Positions 22,961-35,009 of a stretch of DNA of 64,000 bases are shown one piece after another. The translations under genes and the position numbers were made by a program. Below the pieces are notes generated by a model. The model was not told the DNA's origin. It saw only the letters and a list, made by a program, of their open reading frames with translations, and made no database searches. Source of the DNA: Mobula hypostoma (lineage: Eukaryota); assembly GCF_963921235.1 (NCBI RefSeq), contig NC_086097.1, positions 77,750,001 to 77,814,000 of the forward strand. The letters are read 5' to 3'. Position 1 is the stretch's first letter. Each line of letters starts with the position of its first letter.

Positions 22961-23774
22961 CCATTGCATGCTTCGCGGCAATGTTTCGGGGCGTCGCCTG
23001 GAGGGTGGGGGCCACTGCACCACCCCAATCTGCGACGACTCAGCCTAACACACCACCATCTGTGTGCTCCGTGCTTTCCCAATTCCGATAAGTGATACTA
23101 CACTGTACATACATTATTTCTACTTTATATTGGCTGTGTATTTTTATATATTATTTGTATGATTTGGCAGCTTCATAGCTTAAAGGTTACTGGAGAGCGC
23201 TTGTGTGAGATTTTCTGCCAATGGCGCTTGCGCCGTGTTTTTGCCGACAGCGCTTGCGTGAGATTTTCGCTACGGAGAACAGTTCAGGCAATGATTGTGG
23301 AAAAGTATTTCTACTTTATATAGGCTGTGTATTTATCATATCATTCCTGTTTTTACTATATGTTACTGTTATTTTAGGTTTTATGTGTTATTTGGCATGA
23401 TTTGGTAGGTTATTTTTGGGTCTGTGAATGCTCACAAAATTTTCCCATATAAATAAATGGTAATTGCTTTTTCGCTTTACGACATTCTGGCTTACGAACC
23501 GTTTCATAGGAATGCTCTACCTTTGGAAGGCGGGGGAAACCTGTATCCTGATCATCCTCAAGAATCATTACCTTGTTGTTGGGGAAGAGGGCTGTGAGTT
23601 CCTAAGATCCCAAGAGTGATACCGTCTGGAGTTTAACTATCTGGCATTTAACTTCAGGTGCAATCACCCATGGTGGTAAGGTCAAGAGGAAGGTTCCAGA
23701 CGAAGAGTGATCTAACCGAGACCTCAACAGTGGAGCTGGCAGAAAATGATGACGCATCATAACGGTATATATAC

Positions 23775-26700
23775 ATCATATCAAAAGAGATGGGGGAGAT
23801 TTTCAACAATTTCTTTTCTTCGGTATTCACTAAGGAGAAGGATATTGAATTGTGTAAGGTAAAGGAAATAAGAAGAGTAGTTATGGAAAGTATGACAATT
23901 AAAGAAGAGGAAGTACTGGTGCTTTTAAGGAACATAAAAGTGGATAAGTCTCTGGGTCCGGACAAGATATTACCTAGGATCTTGAGGGAAGTTAGTGTAG
24001 AAATAGCAGGGGCTCTGACAGAAATATTTCAAATGTTATTAGAAACGGGGATGGTGCTGGAGGATTGGCGTATTGCTCATGTGGTTCCATTGTTTAAAAA
24101 GGGCTCTAAGAGTCAACCTGGCAGTTATCTGTCATGGTCCAGTCCGTGAAGACCACATTCCGGTTCATGGTCTAGTCCATGGACTCAGGACTCCGGGTCT
24201 TCCAGCTGTCCTTTGTTTGACTAAATCAAAGGCACCTGATTCCCAGCTTTGGGCTTGCAAGTTTGTAAGTAGCCTTGAGATTGAGTGTGGACTACTGGTT
24301 TGTCTTGTCAGTCCCCCTTGAAGTAACCTGCTGATGGAAGGCTAATGGAAACATTTGTGATCTCTAGGCCTGGTTGGGGGACCACTGCTTCATGGAGCCT
24401 TGTTGCCACTCGTTGGAGTGGTCTTTGCGGTATGGATTTGGCTGTTTCTCGGGCCAGCTGAGTGGCTGCCAGACACTCCAAGCTAGGTAGGGATCCGGCT
24501 GTTTCTGTGGCCAGCTGAGGTTGCTGGCTGAACTGAGACTCAGAGCTACCCTGGAGCAGAGATGGAACAGTCCGTTGTTCTTTGGTGTTTGTCTCTTCTT
24601 GTCCTTGCCTCCGTGGGGTAAGTCAGGCTGTCTTGCAGTTGCCCTGTGGGGCATCATGTCTTGTCTTGTCCTCGCCTCTGTGGGGTAAGTCAGGCCATCT
24701 TGCTGTTGCCCTGTGGGGGGACGTGTCTTGTCTTGTATTTGCCTCTGCTGGGTAAGTCTGGCCATCCTGCCATTACCCATCAGATGGACCTGTCCCACCT
24801 TAGTGTGGAGAAGTTGAGTCCCGGCTTGTCTTAGGATAAGTACCAGCTCTATGTTTATGTTCTGTCCTGTCTCACATTCGTGTCGTGTTAAAGATGAGTC
24901 CTGGCTTGTTGAAGGATAAGTCCCGGTTTTATGTTGATGTTTAGTTCCCAATCTGTCTCTAAGCTCCAAGAATCCCAAGCCAAGCTCAAGACCCAAGGCC
25001 CCAAGCCTCGAGGATCCCAAGCCAAGCTCAGGACACAAGACCCCAAGCCTCGAGGATCCCAAGCCAAGCTCAGGACCCAAGACCCCAGCCTGCAGCCAAG
25101 CTCAAGACCCAAGACCCCAAACCTTGAGGATCCCAAGCCTAGCTCAAGACCCCAGCCTCAAGCCATGTCATGTCCTTGCCTGGTTCCGGGGTCCGAGCCC
25201 CAGGCAAGACCCAGGTTCTGGGTCCTTGTCCAGTTTCGGGCTCGGAGTCCAAGCCTTGTCTCCTAGTCCATGGTTCCTAGTCCTGGTCCCGCTTTCCCTA
25301 GCCCAACTCTGTGTTCTTGTCCCTGCTCCTTGCCTGAATCCTGTCACGTCCCTACTCTAGTCAAGTCCCGTTCTTTGTTCTTCAGTGTCTGTGTCTTGCA
25401 TTTGGGTCCATTCCCATCAACGCCCCCACTTGTGACATTATCGGCCTGTGAGTTTGACGTCAGTGAGGGGTACATTGATGGAAAGTATTCTTAGAGATGG
25501 TATATATAATTATCTGGATAGACAGAGTCTGATTAGAAACAGTCAACATGGATTTGTGCATGGAAGGTCATGTTTGACAAATCTTATTGAATTTTTTGAT
25601 GAGGTTACTAAGAAAGCTGACGAGGGTAAAGCGGTGGATGTTGTCTATATGGACTTCAGTAAGGCCTTTGACAAGGTTCCACACGGTAGGTTAGTTAGCA
25701 AGGTTCAATCGTTAGGCAATAATATGGAAGTAGTAAAATGGATTCAGCAGTGGCTAGGTGGGAGATGCCAGAGAGTAGTGGTGGATAACTGTGTGTCAGA
25801 TTGGAGGACGGTGTGTAGCGGTGTGCCTCAGGGATCTGTACCGGGTCCAATGTTGTTTGTCATATATTAATGATCTGGATGATGGGGTGGTAAATTGGAT
25901 TAGTAAGTATGCAGATGATACTAAGATAGGTGGTGTTGTGGATGATGAGGTAGCTTTCCAAAGCTTGCAGAGAGATTTAGGACAGTTAGAAGAGTGGGCT
26001 GAAGGATGGCAGATGGAGTTTAATGCTGAAAAATGTGAGGTGCTACAGTTTGGTAGGACTAATCAAAATAGGATATACATGGTAAATGGAAGGGCATTGA
26101 AGAATGCTTTAGAACAGAGGGATTTAGGAATAATGGTGCATAGTTCCCTGAAGGTGGAATCTCATGTGGATAAGGTGGTGAAGAAAGCTTTTGGTATGCT
26201 GGCCTTTATTAATCAGAGCATTGAGAATAGGAGTTGGGATGTAATGTTGAAATTGTATAGGGCCTTAGTAAGGCCAAATTTGGAGTATTGTGTACAGTTC
26301 TGGTCACCGAATTATAGGAAAGATGTCAATTAAAATTGAGAGAGTACAGAAGAGATTTACTAAAATGTTGCCTGGGTTTCATCTCCTAAGTTACAGAAGA
26401 AGGTTGAACAAGTTAAGTCTTTATTCTTTGGAGCATAGAAGGTTGAGAGGGGACTTGATAGAGGTTTTTAAAATTATGATGGGGATTGATAGAGTTGACG
26501 TGGATAGGCTTTTTCCATTGAGAGTGGGGAAGATTCAAACAAGAGGACATGAGTTGAGAGTTAAAGGACAAAAGTTTAGGGGTAACATGAGGGGGAACTT
26601 CTTTACTCCGAGAGTGGTAGCTGTGTGGAACGAGCTTCCAGCAGAAGTGGTTGAGGCAGGTTCGATGTTGTCGTTTAAAGTTAAATTGGATAGATATATG

Positions 26701-26830
26701 GACAGCAAAGGAATGGAGGGTTATGGGCTGAGTGCAGGTCGGTGGGACTAGGTGAGAGTAAGAGTTCGGCACGGACTAGAAGGGCCGAGATGTCCTGTTT
26801 CCCTGTTGTAATTGTTATATGGTTATATGG
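23775..26830 (+). mobile_element. CR1 LINE ORF2 (RT) + 3'UTR, interrupted by a solo LTR
   Basis: KSLGPD..PRIL, VVPLFKKG, [LTR], RPVSLTS, QHGF..RSCLTNL, DFSKAFDKVPH, GVPQGSV, YADD, LEYCVQFW, RGDLIEV; frameshifts near 25860 and 26330; (TTATATGG) tail. Confidence 0.95.
24130..25437 (+). mobile_element. Solo LTR (1308 bp), TSD TTATC, with internal tandem repeats
   Basis: TGTCA...TGACA termini; TTATC at 24125-24129 and 25438-25442; splits the CR1 motif Y|RPVSL. Confidence 0.93.
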
Positions 26831-27032
26831 TAGTGAAGGTGGAGGAAGGCTTCAGCAGTGAGCGGTCCCCAGTCATCTTGCATTCCATGTCACTGGACCT
26901 TGACCCTGATCTGTCAATGACCAAGTGGCAATGCCCATGCACGTTAAACAACGTCATACACAGGCATCCTCCTTCTACGGAAATCACCCTTAAGTGTCTT
27001 GGTATAACATTTCTGAACCCGGAAATTCAGAT

Positions 27033-27132
27033 CAACACACAGAAAATGCTGGAGGAACTCAGCAGGTCAGGCAGCATCTGTGGAAGTGAATAAACAGTTG
27101 ATGTTTTGGTCCAAGATCCTTCATCAGGACTT
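27033..27132 (-). mobile_element. Penelope pLTR remnant with decayed hammerhead
   Basis: Minus strand GTCCTGATGAAGGATCTTGGACCAAAACATCAACTG..GATGCTGCCTGACCTGCTGAG. Confidence 0.75.
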
Positions 27133-27444
27133 TCTGATGTCAGATAAATGGGTCAATTGTCTTCTGTTTTCTCTCTCCTTTCTTTCATGAGTGGTGTGGT
27201 CACATTTGTGACCCTCAGCTCAGGCACCCAAGAATCTAAAATTCTGAGAAGAAGTAACCACTGCATCTACTAGATACTTCATTGTTCCCGAAGGAAATTA
27301 TAGTGTCACAGTAGTATGCAAGTGCACAAATATACAAATATTAGGAAAGAAGTAAAAAGAATAAAAAGACTTGCCTTAAAAAATAAGATGTACAAGATTT
27401 ACAAGTCAAAGATGACAAAACTCACAAGATTTCCAAGTTCACAC

Positions 27445-27795
27445 TGATAAGATTGAGGCATTGACCGTGTGGATAGTCAGAGGCTTTTTCCCCGGGCTGA
27501 GATGGTTGCCACAAGAGGACACAGGTTTAAGGTGCTGGGGAGCAGGTACAGAGGAGATGTCGGGGTGTTTTTTACGCAGAGTGGTGAGTGCATGGAATGG
27601 GCTGCTGGCAGCGGTGGTGGAAGTGGATACGATAAGGTCTTTATAGAGACTTTTGGATAGGTACATGGAGCTTAGAAAAAATAGAGGGCTATGGGTAAGC
27701 CTAGTAATTTCTAAGGTAGGGAAATGTTCAGCACAACTTTGTGGGCCGAAGGGCCTGTATTGTGCTGTAGGTTTTCTACGTTTCTATGTTTCTAA
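27445..27795 (+). mobile_element. CR1 3' end
   Basis: DSQRLFP..TRGHRFKV; (TTTCTATG)n tail. Confidence 0.85.
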
Positions 27796-28326
27796 GATGG
27801 TACTGCAAAAATTATCAGTGCACATTCACTGCATCCAGATAAGACGTGATGATAGTATTGCACAGGGTGTGGTAAACAGAATTAAACAGAGCTTAAACAG
27901 AGCTCTGGTAAACAGGTTAACAACAGTCTAACAGGAGGGGGTCATCACTTCCCCGGCTCTAAGTTGACTCATTATAGAGCCTAGCGGCCGAGGGTATGAA
28001 TGACCTTACACAGTGTTCTTTGGAGAAGCGCAGTTGTCTTAGTCTATTACTAAAAGTGCTCCTCTGTTCAGCCAAGGTGGCATGCAGAGGGTGAGAAACA
28101 TTGTTCAGAATTGCCAGGATTTTCTGTAAGGTCGTTTGTTCTACCACAGTCTCCAGTGTGTCCAGTTTGACTCCTACAACAGAGCTAGCCTTTCCAATCA
28201 ATTTATTGAGCTTGTTGGCATTACCCATGTTGATGCCATTGCCCCAGCACACCACCACATAGAAGATCATACTGGCGACAACAGACTGATAGAACATGTG
28301 AAAGAGAGGCCTGCATACTCCAAAAA

Positions 28327-29855
28327 GATCAAGTTGGATAAGTCACCAGGACCAGATGAGATGTACCCCAGACTACTGTGGGAGGTAAGGAAGGTGGTTG
28401 CTGAGACTCTGGCGATGATCTTTGCATCATCAATGAGGACGGGAGATGTTCTGGAGGATCCGAGGGTTGCAGATATTGTTCCATTATTCAAGAAAGGGAG
28501 TGGAGATAGTCCAGGAAATTATAGACCAGTGAGTCTCAAATGGTTGGTAAATTGATGGAGAGGATCCTGATTTATGAACATTTTGAGAGGCATAATATGA
28601 TTAGGAATAGTTAGCATGGCTTTGTGAAAGGCAGGTCGTGCCTTACGAGCCTGAATGAATTTTTTGAGAATGTGAGCAAACACATTGATGAAGGTAGAGC
28701 AGTAGATCTAGTGTATATGGATTTCAACAAGACATTTGATAAGGTACCCTGTACAAGGCTTATTGAGAAAGTTAGGAGGCATGGGATCCAAGGGGACCTT
28801 GCTTTGTGGATCCAGAACTGGCTCACCCACAGAAGGCAAAGAGTGATTGTAGACGGGTCATATTCTGCATGGAGGTCAATGACCAGTGGTGTGCCTCAGG
28901 GATCTGTTCTGGGACCCCCTACTCTTCATGACTTTTAGAAATGACCTGGATGAGGAAGTGGAGGGATGGGTTAGTAAATTTGCTGATGACACAAAGGTTG
29001 GGGGTGTCGTGGATAGTATGGAGGGCTGTCAAAGTTACAGAGAGATATTGATAGGATACAAAACAGGGCTGAGAAGTGGCAGATGGAATTCAACCTAGAT
29101 AAGTGTGAGGTGGTTCATTTTGGTAGGTCAAATATGATGACAGAGTATAGGATTAATGATAAGACTCCTGGCAGTGTGGAGGATCAGAGGGATCCTGGGG
29201 TCTGAGTCCATAAGACACTCAAAGCTGCTGCGCAGGTTGACTCTGCAGTTAATAAGGCATACGGTGCATTGGCCTTCATCAATTGTGGGATTGAGTTTAG
29301 GAGCCGAGAGGTAATGATGCAACTATACCCCACTTGGAGTATTGTGCTCTGTTCTGGTCGTCTCACTATAGGAAGGATGTGGAAACCATAGAAAGGGTGC
29401 AGAGGAGATTTACAAGTACGTTGCCTGGATTGGGGAGGATGCCTAATGAGAATAGGTTGTGTGAACTTGGCCTTTTTTCCTTGGAGCAACAGAGGATGAG
29501 AGGTGTATAAGATGATGAGAGACATTGATCATGTGGATAGTTTTTTTTTCCCCCAGGACTGAAATGGCTGCCACAAGAGGGTACAGTTTTAAGGTGTTTG
29601 GAAGTAGGTACAGAAGAGATGTCAGGAGTAATTTTTTTTCACACAGAGAATGGTGAGTGTGTGGAATGGGCTGTTGGGGATGGTGGTGGAGGTGTATACG
29701 ATAGGGTCTTTTACGAGACTCCTGGACAGGCACATGGAACTCAGAAAAATAGAGGGCTATGGGTAAGCCTAGGTAGTTCTAAGGTAAGAACATGTTTGGC
29801 ACAGCTTTGTGGGACGAAGGGCTTTATTATCCTGTAGGTTTTCTGTGTTTCTATG
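28327..29855 (+). mobile_element. CR1 LINE RT region + 3'UTR
   Basis: DKSPGPD.MYPRLL, PLFKKG, NYRPVSL, GRSCLT, GVPQGSVLGP, KFADDTK; TTTCTATG tail; same 3'UTR subfamily as 27445-27795. Confidence 0.92.
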
Positions 29856-30444
29856 ATCCCAGTCTCCTCAGGAAGTAGAGGTGATTCTGGCCCTTCTTGT
29901 ACACAGCTTCTATGTTGATGCTGTAGTCAAGTCTGTCATCCAGATGTACCCCAGGTACTTGTAGGTCCTCACCACATCCACACCCTCACCATCAATAGTA
30001 TCTTATTATCACCACTTTAAGAGTGGATATAAGTCCTTGAGAATTTGTTAATTTTTCAGGTCTTTTCATTTCTCTGATAAGTTGCCTTTCCCCATTTACA
30101 TGAACCCTTTTTTCTCAATGGCTGGAGAACTTAAATGCAAATAATTGAAATGATTGCCATAAAATAACTAGATTGTCATTAAATTCCTTTAGCAAAAAAA
30201 TTGCCATTCCTACTGGTCTTGTCTATATTCAGCTCCAGACTAACCAATGTGGTTGATGCTTAACTTAATCCAGAGACAGTTAGGGTTGGGTAATAAATGC
30301 CAACATCGCCAGTGGGAATAACATCACATAAATAAAATTTTAAAAAATAAATTCAGTTTGTTTCCTATTTTCTACATGATGGCAGATACACGAACAACAG
30401 AGAGAAGATGCACCTTGCAACTTTTCCTTTTATTATGCAGCTGA

Positions 30445-30745
30445 AGGGGAGTCTAGGACCAAAGGGCACAGCCTCAGAATAGAAGGACATCCCTTTAGAA
30501 CAGAGATGAGGAGGAATTTCTCTAGCCAGAGGGTAGTGAATCTGTTCAATTCATTGCCACAGATGCCAGTGGAGGCCAAATCGTTGGGTATATTTAAAGT
30601 GGAGTTTGATAGGTTCTTGAGTCATAAGGGCATCAAAGGTTATGGTGAGAAGGCAAGAGAATGGAATTGAAAGGGATATAAATTAACGTGATGAAATGAT
30701 GGAACAGACCCAATGGGCCAAACAGCCTATTATCTTATGGTCTTA
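30445..30745 (+). mobile_element. CR1 3' end
   Basis: GESRTKGHSLRIEGHPFRTEMRRNFSSQRVVNL; TCTTATGG tail. Confidence 0.85.
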
Positions 30746-31499
30746 AGTAAAACCAATGCTTTTGCTTTGAAAAAATAACATTTTTTTCAAGAATTTGGCC
30801 AAAATTAAACTGGCTGTAGACAGAATATAAATGGAAAGCCAAAACTTAACAAGGTTTAATGGTAACAACGTTTGCACCGTGCCTTGCCATGATGAGAGCA
30901 AACAAAAACATAATGCTGATTCCAGAGACTGATGTTACAAACTCAAATTGGTTATTCTTCATGGGTAAACAATGCATTTCATTCAAGCAAGCAGGATGTT
31001 TAACACCTACTGAGCACACATTCTCAGTCGACTGCAAGTCTGTTCCAATGGAAAGGGCACATCTGTCTCAGTGGACGATAAACCTGCCACTCCCAGTGAC
31101 TGTTGGTATAGAAATTAAAACTGGGAAACAAATCATAGCTCCCAAGTAAGGGACCAGCCTGAAAGCAACTTTCAGAACAAAAAACAAATACTGAAGCAGT
31201 AATCAACAAAGATTGAGAAAAAGCCATTCTTTGAAAAGAAACTCAGGTACTAAATCATGATGCTGTTGGTGCTGGATCTAAAAGTGAAGGCCAGATTGGC
31301 AATCAACTGCAAAAGACTTTCTCAAAACTAGAATTGAAGTGCAGTGTGCTATAATAAAACTGAGAATAAGTTATCTAAACAATTTAAGATTAACTTAAAA
31401 TGAATATTACCTCTCATTGTTACAATTAGAAGTGCACACCTGCTTCTAAAGGGCAATAATCATACCAGTATCAAAGAAGAGTAGGGTGTGCTGCCTTAA

Positions 31500-33030
31500 T
31501 GACTATCATCTGATAGAGCTTCCATCTACAGTGATGGAGTGCTTTGAGAGGTTAGTTATGGTTAGAATTAACTCCTGGCTTGGCAAGGACCTGAACCCAC
31601 TGCAATCGCCACAATAGGTCAACGGTGGATGTGATCTCACTGGTTCTTCATGTGGCCTTGGATCACCTGGACAATACAAATACCTATGTCAGGATGCTGT
31701 TTATTGAGTTCAGTTCACCACTGAAGACAATCAATACTATAGTTCTGATCAAAAAGCTCCAGAGTCTGGGCCTCTGTACCTCTCTCTCCTTGACTTCCTT
31801 ACTGGAAACCACAATCTGTGCAGATTGGAGACAACGGAGACAACCTCAGGAATTGATTTGTAGAGCCCACAGCTCTACTTTCTCTACACCCATAACTGTG
31901 TACCTAAGTTAATTTGAAGTTAAAGTCTGTCCCGAGCCTTATAGGCTCATCAGGCTGATGCTTATGCCGGTTTCCGGGGCATGAAGCGACTAAGAGTACG
32001 AGACTCCCCCCAGATAGGACACCAGTCTATCAAGAGGTTAACCCTCAGCATTTTTGCCGGTACCCATTTTCAGCTGGGTGGACTGGAGCAGTGTGTGGTT
32101 AAGTGCCTTGCTCAAGGATACAACACGCTGCCTTGGCTGGGACTCGAACTCACGACCTTCAGATCACTAGTCCATCGCCTTAACCACTTGGCCACGCGCC
32201 ACACACTGTGTACCTAGGCACGGTTCAAATGTCATATATAATTTTGTTAACCACACAACTATTGTTGGCAGAATTTCAGATGGTGATGAGAGGGTCTACA
32301 GGAGCGAGAAATACTGGCTAGTTGAGTGATGTTCCAGCAACAACCTTGCACCCATTATCAGTAAGATCAAAGAACTGATTGTGGACTTCAGAAAGGTAAA
32401 AATTGGGAACGAACACCAATCCTCATAGAGGGATCAGAAGTGGAAAGATAGAGCAATTTCAAGATCCTAGGTGTAAATATCTCTGAGGATGTAAACTGGA
32501 CCCAACATATTGCTGCAACTACAAAGAAGGTATGCCAATGGTTATATTTCATCATGAGTTTGAGAAGATTTGGAATGTCACCAAAACCATGAACATTTCT
32601 CCAGCTGTACTGTGGAGAGCATGCTAACTGGTCGCATCACCATCTTGTATGGGTTGAGGGGGGTGGTGGCTGCTGCATAGGGCTGAAATAAGCTGCAGAG
32701 AGTTCTAAACTAAGTCAGCTCCATCATGGGCACTTGCCAGGACATCTTCAAGGAGCAATGCCTCAAAAACATGGCATCCATCATTAAAGACCCCCAACAC
32801 CCAGGTCAGGCCTTGGTTCTCAGTTCTACCCTCAGAAAGGACACAGAAATGTGAAAACACACACTCAACAATTCAGGAGCAGCTTCTTCTCCTCTGCCAT
32901 CCAATTTCTGAATGGACGTTGAACCCATGAACACTACTTCACCTGCATTACTATGCATTGCATTTTACTGCTGCTGGAAAGTCAACAAATCTCACAACAT
33001 ATGCGAGTGATATTAAACCTGATTTTGCTT
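31500..33030 (+). mobile_element. Decayed Rex1/Babar LINE containing a SINE
   Basis: [50 protein letters not shown] motifs. Confidence 0.8.
31907..32204 (-). mobile_element. tRNA-derived SINE with CORE-like domain, 12-bp TSD
   Basis: ACTGTGTACCTA at 31895-31906 and 32205-32216; A box TGGCCAAGTGG; B box GAGTTCGAGTCCC; CORE-like TCCTTGAGCAAGGCACTTAACC..AAAATGGG. Confidence 0.88.
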
Positions 33031-33759
33031 CTGCATCTAACATATGCAAGTGATTTTGTTGAAAACTTGGCCCCACCTAAAACCTGGTGGAAATCATCTC
33101 AGCAGGACAACACAGTATTGGGAGGATAAACAGTCAAAATAGCAGAAGTAAAATAGTTGTGACAGAGGAAATTCTGTACCTATTGGAACACAGATGGTCT
33201 GTGCCCTGGCATAAATGCTAAATATTTAGAGGCTAAAAATAATGTGCACATAGAAACCACTCAACCCAAACTGAAATTCAATACTTTGAAATTTATTTCT
33301 GCAGTAACTACTACTGACAACATTGTCATCAAAGGCTGACGAGATGGGAAACTGTCATATGCACAATTAACATATAAGAACATTCAAAACTTCAGGCTGC
33401 TCTGGCAGAAGAACTTCAATGGCAGCAGAGAACTATTAAATTAATTCAAAAGAGTCCCAGGTGTAAGGGAAGGGGCCTGAGGGCAGATGCTGTTTTTTGG
33501 AAAACTGTACTTGGAGTTAATTTAGTCCAAGTCAACAAAGTGCATTACTGGGCAAACTTCCACAGTAATACAACAGAAAAATGACTGGTGAAAATACACG
33601 GCAGGGCTGTCAGTATTTGATAAGGAAAAACTGCAGCATATGTCATTCGTGCATCACCTAGCATAAAATAGCCTAAGGAATATCAGGAAAAATAATAAAA
33701 ATATTTCAATAGATCTTGAAAGGAGCTAAAATCTGAGCAAATCAGACTGGACTTGTAAG

Positions 33760-34351
33760 TTTCTGTCCGCCAGAGAAAGCAGGATCTCCCAGTGGCCACA
33801 CATTTTAATTCCACATCCCATTCCCATTCTGACATGTCTATCCACGGCCTCCTCTACTGTAAAGATGAAGCCACACTCAGGTTGGAGGAACAACACCTTA
33901 TATTCCGTCTGGGTAGCCTCCACCCTGATGGCATGAACATCGACTTCTCTAACTTCCGCTAAGGCCCCACCTCCCCCTCGTACCCCATCTGTTACTCATT
34001 TTTATGCACACATTCTTTCTCTCACTTTCCTTTTTCTCCCTCTGAATATATCTCTTGCCCATCCTCTGGGTCAACCCCCCCCCCCCGTCTTTCTTCCCGG
34101 ACCTCCTGTCCCATGATCCTCTCGTATCCCCTTTTGCCTATCACCTGTCCAGCTCTCGGCTCTATCCCTCCCCCTCCTGTCTTCTCCTATCATTTTGGAT
34201 CTCCCCCTCCCCCTCCAACTTTCAAATCCCTTACTCACTCTTCCTTCAGTTAGTCCTGACGAAGGGTCTCGGCCTGAAACGTCGACTGCACCTCTTCCTA
34301 CAGATGCTGCCTGGCCTGCTGCATTCACCAGCAACTTTGATGTGTGTTGCG
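33760..34351 (+). mobile_element. 5'-truncated Penelope copy (GIY-YIG C-terminus + pLTR with hammerhead at 34252-34287), 12-bp TSD
   Basis: Near-identical to 21383-21975; TGGACTTGTAAG at 33748-33759 and 34352-34363. Confidence 0.95.
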
Positions 34352-35009
34352 TGGACTTGTAAGGTTGAATTTTTAGTGTCTGCAAAGTTGTCTGACATTG
34401 TAGATTAGATTTAGACCGAAATAAATGGACTCTATATTTTATGGTGAGTTTAAGTTTGGTGGTGCTTCAACCTGCCTAAAATAATTTAAGCAGTGAAAAG
34501 AAAACAATGACATGCAATAACCAAAATCAATGCAGAGAAGTCAGAAGCTTAAGAGGAGAAGTTTTTATGTTTTAGGGATGAGCTTCCAGACCACTCATGG
34601 GTTCAATGGAGCTAATCAGACAAAATTTATAGTTATCCTTTGCACCAACTGTCTCTTTGCTGAAAGGGAGCTTAGCATTGAAAGCATTTAAATACCCTGG
34701 ACTTGAATTGACGCAAGGAACAATTTGGGTTGCCAAATGAATTATAGATTTGGAAGGGTGCTCAGATTAGTACCAGGAATGCCTTGATTAACTTTATTAC
34801 ATAAAAAACTAGGAAGAGATCTTGTCAGGGTGGTGACTTTCTCAAATAATTCCTAAATTACCTCCACTTATATAACATTAGAATATTTTATATTGATATC
34901 AGGCTCTTACCTATGTGAAAAAAAACTTATAGTATTTTCTTGACAAAGGTTAAAGTTCCACTGTGAACTTTCCAGAGCTCAGTGGTCCCAGTCTGATTTG
35001 TTGGATCTG

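Larger units (their letters stand above)
19472..23543 (+). mobile_element. Internally deleted Tigger/pogo DNA transposon, interrupted by Penelope
   Basis: TA-flanked imperfect TIRs CAGGT...ACCTG. N-terminal remnant MSS..RARKGVTLSVKLDIIKRFDRG is fused to C-terminal EDDVEEVLASHGQELTDEELMQLEE..LSPYKELY; the DDE core is absent. Confidence 0.88.
23570..26995 (+). mobile_element. RTE (Expander/Rex3-like) 5'UTR-derived element split by a CR1 insertion
   Basis: 23570-23765 resembles, from memory, the Expander-type 5' end (CCTTGTTGT..GATCC..CACCCATGG..AGGTC..CCAGAC.AAGAG). The GC-richer sequence at 26832-26995 probably continues it. Confidence 0.45.
27268..30000 (-). mobile_element. Rex1/Babar LINE fragment with two CR1 insertions
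   Basis: ORF 27959-28297 (FYQSVVAS..RSFIPSAARLYN). The upstream part (VRTYKYLG..YFLRRL) continues at 29856-30000. Confidence 0.85.

Noticed and set aside
24364..25080. 238-aa minus-strand ORF with repeated LGLGSSRLG units
   Set aside because: It lies inside a TSD-bounded solo LTR and simply translates its tandem arrays; no recognisable domain.
24965..25165. CRISPR-like repeat array (also 50120-50350)
   Set aside because: These are head-to-tail degenerate tandem repeats without unique spacers, in a vertebrate LTR, with no cas genes.
31925..31980. Hammerhead in the SINE tail (minus-strand CTGATGAG)
   Set aside because: The stem after CTGATGA is not followed by GAAA; the GAAAC lies upstream in an incompatible arrangement.
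32130..32204. tRNA gene
   Set aside because: It is the tRNA-derived head of a TSD-flanked SINE and continues into the SINE body without a terminator.
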